From contig JANNVX010000088.1 in NCBI GenBank assembly GCA_031414595.1, positions 224,001 through 288,000 on the forward strand: 64,000 nt of DNA, given 5' to 3'. This DNA is from Deinococcales bacterium (GTDB lineage: Bacteria; Deinococcota; Deinococci; Deinococcales; JAAFIG01). Positions 57,672-64,000 of the stretch are shown here, one piece after another. Below the pieces are notes generated by a model, which made no database searches, had not been told where the DNA came from, and worked only from the letters and a program-made list of their open reading frames with translations. Positions within the stretch are counted from its first letter, which is position 1, and every line of letters begins with the position of its first letter. The position numbers and the translations under genes were made by a program.

Positions 57672-60620
57672 AGACATTGGATTCTCTAGAATTCCCATAA
57701 TCGCATTGTGCAATTCCAGATCAAGATTGAACTCTATTGGTGGCGATAACTCGGGCGATTCTTCGAGCAAAATATTTGCTTCACGTCTTGAGCTTTCATC
57801 TGTTGATGGATGATGATTGACAATATGCAAGAATTCGCTTGCTTGGCTAGTATTTCCAAGTTTGATATGCAATTCACTTAATCCAACTAAATTTTGCATA
57901 ACAATCGGTAATTCATGGACGCTCCAAGCAATTTTGAGACTCTTTTGAAAGTATTGAATGGCTTCGGGTATCATTTTTTTTGCTATTGAAACTCTCCCAA
58001 GTATCATGAAAGAAGTGGCTCTGACAGTGGAGTTTGAGAGTTGTTCATTGGTGGTCAGCGCTTCGAGACAAAAATCTCGAGCTTTTTCGTATTCTTTGGT
58101 TTTAAGTGTTAAATTCCCTAAGTTATTCAGTAAGAAAGAAATAGCTTGAGTATATTTAATCTCTTGCGCCAATTCTAAGCCATTAGTTAAATATTTTCTA
58201 GCTTGTGAAAAATCTGCTAAATTCATTTTAAGTAATCCAAGATTGTTGTAAATAATCACACAACCAAATTGATTATTTAATATTTTGTGAATTTCAAGCG
58301 CATCAAAATAATGCTCTTGAGCCTTTTGAATTAATCCTAGGTTATTTTCAATATCACCAATTCTACTTAAATAATTGGCTATTGCATCTTGATGCTTTAA
58401 GCTCTTTGCCAACATTAAAGCTTTTTCAACGTTTTCAAGTGCCTTCTGATTATCTCCTATTTGCTCTGCTATCATTGAAAGTGTGTTTAACGCTTTCATC
58501 AACCAACCACCATGCTTATTATTATCCTCGAGCGGTTGCAACAACTGCACAGCGCGTTCAGCCAATGCCATGTCGTACCGCCCAATTCGGTGTCCTAACC
58601 ATGCGATTTCATAACTCGCTTTGCCTAGGACAGCATTGGCATTTGTCGTGGCTGTTTCTAAAGCTGTAACTGCTGCTTCAAACAATTCTATTCCTTCGGC
58701 GCATCTGGCTTTGCGGTCAAAAAACACCACCAGGTCGGTTGAGCGCTCGAGTTGCAAATAATCTTTTTGCGAGGCAGCAAAGTACCAAGCCGAACGGATG
58801 TTCTCGAGGTCTGATTCGATTTGGCTTAAATACTGCTGGTCGGTGCTGCCACCCATTGGGCGCTGCTCGATAAAAGCAAAGTAATAATCGCTGTGCTTGG
58901 TTTGTTGGGCTTGTTGTAATTCTGGTTCGGAGCGCAATTTCTCAAAACTCAGTTCTTGGATCATCGCATGGCGCTCGAAGCGTCCGTTGCTACCGCGTTG
59001 CAATAAACTTTTGTTACACAGTCGCAACAGCGTCTGCACGCTGATTGTGGCAATGCTTTCGGCGGCTTCTTTGGTAAAACCATTTTGAAACACCGAGAGT
59101 TTTTGTAAGGCATTTTGTTCGGTCTGGTTGAGTTGCCGCCAAGTGTATTCAAACACCGCTCGCAGACTGCGGTGACGCTCGGGCAGTTCGGCTTGGGTGC
59201 TTTCTAAAAATCCCAGTCCTTGCTTTAATTGTGCCACAATTTCTTCTAAACTCAGCACTCGAGTCCAATGGCTGGCAAGTTCTAAAGCCAGTGGTAAACC
59301 GCCCAAAAACTGGCAAATCTGAACCATAAAGTCGTGCTGGGCTGCTTCTAAGCTAAAGCGTGAATTGGTTTTCTTGGCACTGCGAACAAAAAGTTGTACC
59401 GCATCAAACATTTCAAAATTCGGGGTGTTGGCAGTTGGGACTGCCATGCCAAAGACATCCAGTAAATACTCGTTTTGCCTGTCCAGCACCTCACGGGATG
59501 TCACCAGCATTTTGAGTTTCGGGCAGTCATGCAGCAACTCGAGCAGCAGATCCGTGCCATCCAGCAGATGCTCGAGGTTATCGGCAACCAGCAGCATTTC
59601 TTGGTCTTGCAAATGCGTTTTTAATTTCTCCAAAGCGGTTTCGGGGTTGGTCAGTGGCAACTCCAAGACGGCAAACAGCGCAGGTAAAATTTGCACTGCA
59701 CTCGAGAGGTTAGCAAGGGCAATAAAAGTTGCACCATCTTCAAACCGACCCGCCATTTGAAAAGCAGTTTGGATTGCCAAACGGGTTTTGCCAATGCCAC
59801 CCTGCCCAACCAGTGTTAAAAGCCGAATATCTGGCGATAAGAGCTTGGTTTGGATTTCCTCGAGTTCGCGCTCACGTCCAATAAAAGCTGTGTTAATTGC
59901 AGTAAAACCACGCAACTTGGCAATTGGCTCGAGGTCCAAAGGTGTATTTTTGAGTTGCTGATACAACAGCCGTGTGGACTCGAGCGGTTGTAAACCCATT
60001 TCTTGTTTCAGTAAACGATTGAAGGTTTCAAAGGCAGCCAACGCCGAACTTTGTGTGCTTTTTTGACGGCTGGCAAAACGCAAAAAGGCTTGCAGCACAT
60101 CCTCGGCTAACGGCTCGAGGCGCAACGCTTGTCCGAAAACCGCCGTTGTTTGGGCAATCTGCGAACTGGCTTCGAGTTGAGTGGTGAACGCCAGCGTTGC
60201 TTCTTTGAACGAATTTTTGAGGGTTTCTTGTTCGACCTCAAGCCAAGTTATAAATTCTGGCAAATCTAAACTAAACCGCTCGAGCAGCAAACCCGTGTAC
60301 CATTGTACGGCGCTTTGCCAATCAGCTGCCGCAAAAGCACGGTTAAACTCAAGGACATCAGAATTAACTGCCCAGCGCACCAGATTGTCATTCGTCTCGA
60401 GTTTAGCAAAATCAAGCTCACGCACCCTTGAGAGCAGATGCCGTAAGTTCTTGCGGCTATCTTGTGAATCTGCAAAAAAAATCAGTGCCAAATGGTCCCT
60501 GGAAACCCAATCGGTTTGCAATGCCAAGTACGTCAGCAAAGCAAAACGCTTATCGGAAAGGAAAACAACACTTTGCGACTCGAGTGTTGCTTTAGCGACT
60601 CCGAACAGATGCAAAAACAT
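57666..60620 (-). CDS. STAND regulator 3: wHTH/BTAD + NB-ARC + TPR, paralog of regulator 2
   Basis: FLSDKRFALLTYLA..WVSRD, EPLAE, FIGR, GQGGIGKT, DNLEHL, GLPLALELA, TPR repeats. Confidence 0.92.
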   Translation of the reverse strand: MFLHLFGVAKATLESQSVVFLSDKRFALLTYLALQTDWVSRDHLALIFFADSQDSRKNLRHLLSRVRELDFAKLETNDNLVRWAVNSDVLEFNRAFAAADWQSAVQWYTGLLLERFSLDLPEFITWLEVEQETLKNSFKEATLAFTTQLEASSQIAQTTAVFGQALRLEPLAEDVLQAFLRFASRQKSTQSSALAAFETFNRLLKQEMGLQPLESTRLLYQQLKNTPLDLEPIAKLRGFTAINTAFIGRERELEEIQTKLLSPDIRLLTLVGQGGIGKTRLAIQTAFQMAGRFEDGATFIALANLSSAVQILPALFAVLELPLTNPETALEKLKTHLQDQEMLLVADNLEHLLDGTDLLLELLHDCPKLKMLVTSREVLDRQNEYLLDVFGMAVPTANTPNFEMFDAVQLFVRSAKKTNSRFSLEAAQHDFMVQICQFLGGLPLALELASHWTRVLSLEEIVAQLKQGLGFLESTQAELPERHRSLRAVFEYTWRQLNQTEQNALQKLSVFQNGFTKEAAESIATISVQTLLRLCNKSLLQRGSNGRFERHAMIQELSFEKLRSEPELQQAQQTKHSDYYFAFIEQRPMGGSTDQQYLSQIESDLENIRSAWYFAASQKDYLQLERSTDLVVFFDRKARCAEGIELFEAAVTALETATTNANAVLGKASYEIAWLGHRIGRYDMALAERAVQLLQPLEDNNKHGGWLMKALNTLSMIAEQIGDNQKALENVEKALMLAKSLKHQDAIANYLSRIGDIENNLGLIQKAQEHYFDALEIHKILNNQFGCVIIYNNLGLLKMNLADFSQARKYLTNGLELAQEIKYTQAISFLLNNLGNLTLKTKEYEKARDFCLEALTTNEQLSNSTVRATSFMILGRVSIAKKMIPEAIQYFQKSLKIAWSVHELPIVMQNLVGLSELHIKLGNTSQASEFLHIVNHHPSTDESSRREANILLEESPELSPPIEFNLDLELHNAIMGILENPMSL

Positions 60621-60646
60621 TGGTAGAAACCATTTTAACAGCTTTT

Positions 60647-60718
60647 GGTGCAGGTTTCCCATGCGACGCTGGTGCAGGTTTCCCATGCGACGCTGGTGCG
60701 ACGCTCGAGACTTATACT
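60647..60718 (+). promoter_or_regulatory. SARP-type box promoter with 24-bp tandem duplication, direct repeat copy 2
   Basis: ggtgcaggtttcccatgcgacgct twice; TGCGACGC 60662, 60686, 60697; TATACT 60713. Confidence 0.85.
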
Positions 60719-60740
60719 TAAAAATGCAAAGGAGCAAACA

Positions 60741-61154
60741 ATGAAAGATTCACCCAGCCTCGAGATTGCCATAGCCCAAAGCCATGCCGCACTTAGTGCA
60801 ATCCTAACGGGCGACCCAACATTGTTCCAATCCTTGTATTCCAAATCAGAGGATATTACCCTCGGCAATCCTTTTGGACCATTTGCTCGAGGTCAACAAG
60901 AAGTCAGGACAAGGCTGGCTGGTGCAGCCGCCAATTACCGAGATGGCAAAGTAACTGAGGTTGAACGCTTTGCCAATTACATTTCGAGCGATTTTGCTTG
61001 TGTTGTTGAAGTTGAACGCAGTCAAGCCAAAGTTGGCGGTAGCGCAGAACTGGTTTCAATCGCTGTTCGTGTGACCAGTGTTTTTACTAATGGCTGGAAG
61101 CTGGTGCATCGGCACGCTGACCCAATCACAACACCTGTCCAGCATCATCGGTGA
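60741..61154 (+). CDS. SnoaL/NTF2-like protein
   Basis: DITLGNPFG, RVTSVF..GWKLVHRHADP; RBS AAGGAG. Confidence 0.85.
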   Translation: MKDSPSLEIAIAQSHAALSAILTGDPTLFQSLYSKSEDITLGNPFGPFARGQQEVRTRLAGAAANYRDGKVTEVERFANYISSDFACVVEVERSQAKVGGSAELVSIAVRVTSVFTNGWKLVHRHADPITTPVQHHR

Positions 61155-61173
61155 TAAGCCTTTAGGAGAATTT

Positions 61174-62412
61174 ATGTCCGAACCTACATCCGTTGCTGCC
61201 GAACGTAAATACGATCTCTACAGCCAAACCACCAAAGACAATCCGTATCCAGTCTTTGCTCAGATGCGCCGCGAGAACCCTGTGTATTCGCAACTTGGGC
61301 TTAATGGCGAAACCAAAATTTGGTTTGTGACCCGTTATGAAGATGTTCAGTACATTCTCCATCACGACGAACTTTTTGTCCGAGATGCCAAAAACGCCTT
61401 GCCCACCGATAAAGTGCCGCAGCCCAGCCCCCTCGAGGCACTGATGTTCAATCATATGCTGAACAAAGATGGCGACGAACACCGCCGTTTACGCACGTTG
61501 GTTAGTCAGGCATTCACCCCGTCTCGAGTGCGTGATTTGCGTCCTCGAGTCCAAGCGATAAGCGATGAACTGATTGCAGCCGTTCAAGCCAAAGGGCAGA
61601 TGGATTTAATTACCGATTATGCTTTTCAACTCCCCACCATTGTGATTTCTGAAATGCTGGGTATTCCCACCCAAGACCGTGAACATTTTAAGCAGTGGAC
61701 TGAAGCCACCATCGCGCCTGCCTTAACCCCAGAAGCCCAAGCTAAGGCAGGAGCATTGATTCAAGAATTTGCGGCATACTTGGGCGAATTGTTTGCGGCA
61801 CGGCGTAAACAGCCACAAAACGATTTGATTTCGGCATTGCTCCAAGCAGAGGAAGCTGGCAATCAGCTTTCCGAGTCCGAACTGTATAGCACGGTTGTTT
61901 TGCTGATTATTGCTGGGCATGAAACCACGGTCAACCTGATTGGCAATTCGACTCTGGCACTCTTGCGTTTCCCCGAAGCTCGAGCAACCTTGCAACAGCA
62001 TCCCGAAAAAATGGCTGGCGCATTGGATGAGTTTTTGCGTTACGACAGCCCTGTGGAACGGTCATTCTCGAGGTGGGCGGCTACGGACACCGAACTCGGC
62101 GGGCAGCAAATCAAACAAGGAGATTTGGTCATGGGAATTCTTGGGGCAGCCAATCACGACCCAGAGAAGTTCCCTAACCCAGAAGTGCTTGACTTATCAA
62201 AGGATGCAAAACGGCAATTGGCTTTTGGGCATGGAATGCACTTTTGTCTTGGAATGCCACTGGCTCGGCTCGAGGGTGAAATCGCCCTGAATTCGTTGTT
62301 GCAAAACCTGCCGAATTTGCGGCTTGGAATCGGCGAAGAAGAACTGACTTGGCGTACAGTCCCAATGTTTCGTGGGGTCAAACAATTCCCAGTGGTGTGG
62401 GACAACCTGTGA
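61174..62412 (+). CDS. cytochrome P450 (CYP107-like)
   Basis: AGHETT, EFLR, FGHGMHFCLG. Confidence 0.95.
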   Translation: MSEPTSVAAERKYDLYSQTTKDNPYPVFAQMRRENPVYSQLGLNGETKIWFVTRYEDVQYILHHDELFVRDAKNALPTDKVPQPSPLEALMFNHMLNKDGDEHRRLRTLVSQAFTPSRVRDLRPRVQAISDELIAAVQAKGQMDLITDYAFQLPTIVISEMLGIPTQDREHFKQWTEATIAPALTPEAQAKAGALIQEFAAYLGELFAARRKQPQNDLISALLQAEEAGNQLSESELYSTVVLLIIAGHETTVNLIGNSTLALLRFPEARATLQQHPEKMAGALDEFLRYDSPVERSFSRWAATDTELGGQQIKQGDLVMGILGAANHDPEKFPNPEVLDLSKDAKRQLAFGHGMHFCLGMPLARLEGEIALNSLLQNLPNLRLGIGEEELTWRTVPMFRGVKQFPVVWDNL

Positions 62413-62936
62413 AACCAATTTTTTTAATTATGGGAACACCTGCTTCGGGCAAAAGTACAGTTGCCAAAGCCTTAATGCAGCGCTTTGCACAAGGCGTGCA
62501 TATTCCCGTGGATAACCTACGCCAAATGGTTGTGTCTGGCTTGTCCGACATGGCTTTGGAAGTTCCACCTGCCACCCTTGAGCAGTTGCGTTTGGCTCGA
62601 GAAACCGCTTCGAGCATGGCACGGATTTATTCGGATAACGAATTTACAGTTGCCATAGATGATTTTTGGTACAGCGAAAAACCCGACCAAGTGTACAGCC
62701 AAAAAATTGGACAACGCATCACACGGATTTTATTGCTCCCGAACCTCGAGACGACAGTGCAGCGCTTATACTCGAGAAACCCAGAGGAAGGTAGCTTTAA
62801 GAAAATACTCGAGCAAGCCATTGGGTATTTGTACACCCAAATCGAAGTGCATCCAAAAACAAATTGGTTGGTGATTGACTCGAGTGATTTAAGTATAGAA
62901 GAAACTGTGGATAAAATTCTTGCAGGATGGACATAA
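62409..62936 (+). CDS. P-loop kinase/phosphotransferase (AAA_33-like)
   Basis: GTPASGKST; GTGA overlap with the P450. Confidence 0.82.
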   Translation: MKPIFLIMGTPASGKSTVAKALMQRFAQGVHIPVDNLRQMVVSGLSDMALEVPPATLEQLRLARETASSMARIYSDNEFTVAIDDFWYSEKPDQVYSQKIGQRITRILLLPNLETTVQRLYSRNPEEGSFKKILEQAIGYLYTQIEVHPKTNWLVIDSSDLSIEETVDKILAGWT

Positions 62937-63053
62937 CACCAGAGGAATTGAAAGCCCAAATGGAGAGCGCTGGCATGACTCGGTTGTACTAAACGTACTT
63001 GGTGGAAATAAAAATTTGGTATATACTTTTGGTAATATCATCAGGAGGTTTCT

Positions 63054-63290
63054 ATGATTGCCACAGCCAAGCTATTTAAGAACGGACGCAGCCAAGCAGT
63101 GCGCTTACCTAAAGAATTTCGTTTTGAAGGCACAGAAGTGCAAATCGAAAAAGTCGGTGATAGCATTGTTTTAACCCCTAAAAAGAAAAAATGGGACAAT
63201 CTGCTGGCTGCCCTCGAGATGTTTGAAGGAGAAATTGAACGAAATCAACCACCTGCCCAAGAACGAGATTGGGGTGAATTGTGGAAATAG
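63054..63290 (+). CDS. vapB: AbrB-type antitoxin
   Basis: AKLFKNGRSQAVRLPKEFRF. Confidence 0.92.
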   Translation: MIATAKLFKNGRSQAVRLPKEFRFEGTEVQIEKVGDSIVLTPKKKKWDNLLAALEMFEGEIERNQPPAQERDWGELWK

Positions 63291-63688
63291 AGTGGATGCT
63301 CGATACCAATATCTGTATTTACCTAATCAACAACAAACCCAAAAAAGTCAGGCAAATTCTCGAGCAGCACGATAATAATCAAATCACACTTTCTAGTCTT
63401 GTCGTTTTTGAATTGCAATATGGTGTAGATAAAAGTGTGTCCAAAGCAAAGAATGGATTGGCACTCGAGATTTTTCTGCGTGATTTTGAAATAAAAACTT
63501 TTTCGGGAATCGCTGCAACGCGAGCCGCAAGCATTCGCGCTGAACTTGAAAGCAAAGGTACTCCAATTGGGGCTTACGATTACTTGATTGCGGCTCATGC
63601 CCTCGAGCTAAATGCAACACTTGTCACCAATAACATCAAAGAATTTGAGCGCATCGAAGGCTTAAAGCTCGAGAACTGGTTCGCTTAG
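63281..63688 (+). CDS. vapC: PIN-domain toxin
   Basis: MLDTNICIY, GTPIGAYD.LIAAHA, LVTNN.KEF. Confidence 0.93.
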   Translation: MEIEWMLDTNICIYLINNKPKKVRQILEQHDNNQITLSSLVVFELQYGVDKSVSKAKNGLALEIFLRDFEIKTFSGIAATRAASIRAELESKGTPIGAYDYLIAAHALELNATLVTNNIKEFERIEGLKLENWFA

Positions 63689-63732
63689 TTTTTCATAACC
63701 TCGAGATTCCACAAACTGAGGTAAGCATGAAT

Positions 63733-64000
63733 TCATTTCGGAGCGTCATTCTTGATTAGTGGCAACCAAATTTGAACTTCAAGTCCAGTTGGCAAATTGT
63801 TTTTAAGTTCTAAATGCCCGTTGTGAACTCGTACAATTTGTTCAACCACACTTAATCCCAGTCCACTGCCTGCCACTCGAGTATTCGGAGCGCGGTAAAA
63901 GGCTTGAGTGGCTCGAGCCATAGCTTGTTCGGGTAAGCCCTTGCCCTCGTCACGTACACAAAGTAGCGCGTGTGGCGTTTGAATGGTTAGGCGGATGCTG
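63733..64000 (-). CDS. C-terminal part of a sensor histidine kinase (truncated by the window edge)
   Basis: RDEGKG, FYRA, GSGLGLSVV..IV..HNG. Confidence 0.85.
   Translation of the reverse strand, partial: SIRLTIQTPHALLCVRDEGKGLPEQAMARATQAFYRAPNTRVAGSGLGLSVVEQIVRVHNGHLELKNNLPTGLEVQIWLPLIKNDAPK

Noticed and set aside
51661-60718. TGCGACGC-containing repeats as a CRISPR array
   Set aside because: Copies are kilobases apart, have no spacers or cas genes, and sit at promoter positions
60621-60737. N-terminal extensions of the 57666 and 60645 ORFs (HQRRMGNL / VQVSHATL repeats)
   Set aside because: Translation of the duplicated promoter; better starts are 60620 (-) and 60741 (+)
60741-62936. Complete biosynthetic gene cluster around the P450
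   Set aside because: No scaffold-forming enzyme (PKS, NRPS, terpene synthase) or adjacent precursor peptide; tailoring or detoxification is more likely
1-64000. tRNA, rRNA, known riboswitch or transposase genes
   Set aside because: None recognised by eye; tRNAscan and Rfam searches would be needed to exclude them

Overview
Chromosomal window of roughly 45-50% GC from a Deinococcota (Deinococcales-like) bacterium. The assignment rests on a clear IrrE/PprI ortholog, a PCC13-62-type ferritin-like protein, LptC/LptA-like genes and many leaderless genes with TANNNT 5-7 nt before the start codon. Core content: a PucR-regulated polyamine uptake and catabolism cluster (ydcSTUV-gabT-patD), a CDF transporter, IrrE, a DEAD-box helicase, an S9 peptidase, an ECF sigma/RskA/cytochrome P460 locus, a multi-GAF histidine kinase, an H+-PPase, an OmpR-type two-component system and vapBC. 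The most distinctive system is three large STAND (AAA/NB-ARC + TPR + BTAD/SARP) regulators. The two paralogs at 48.7-60.6 kb sit beside promoters with 11-bp-phased TGCGACGC repeats 8-9 bp upstream of a -10 box, and the third has a weaker variant box nearby. These promoters front a patchwork of small accessory genes and gene remnants (48.7-63 kb), including a 4.3-kb unit bounded by 47-bp direct repeats. Other sequence-level signals: strong over-representation of the palindrome CTCGAG (HIP-like), an unexplained 36-bp element at three intergenic sites, a 262-bp MITE, heptamer-repeat hairpins and GTAG-type REPs. No rRNA, tRNA, CRISPR array or transposase was recognised. All calls come from reading motifs by eye; no database search was run.
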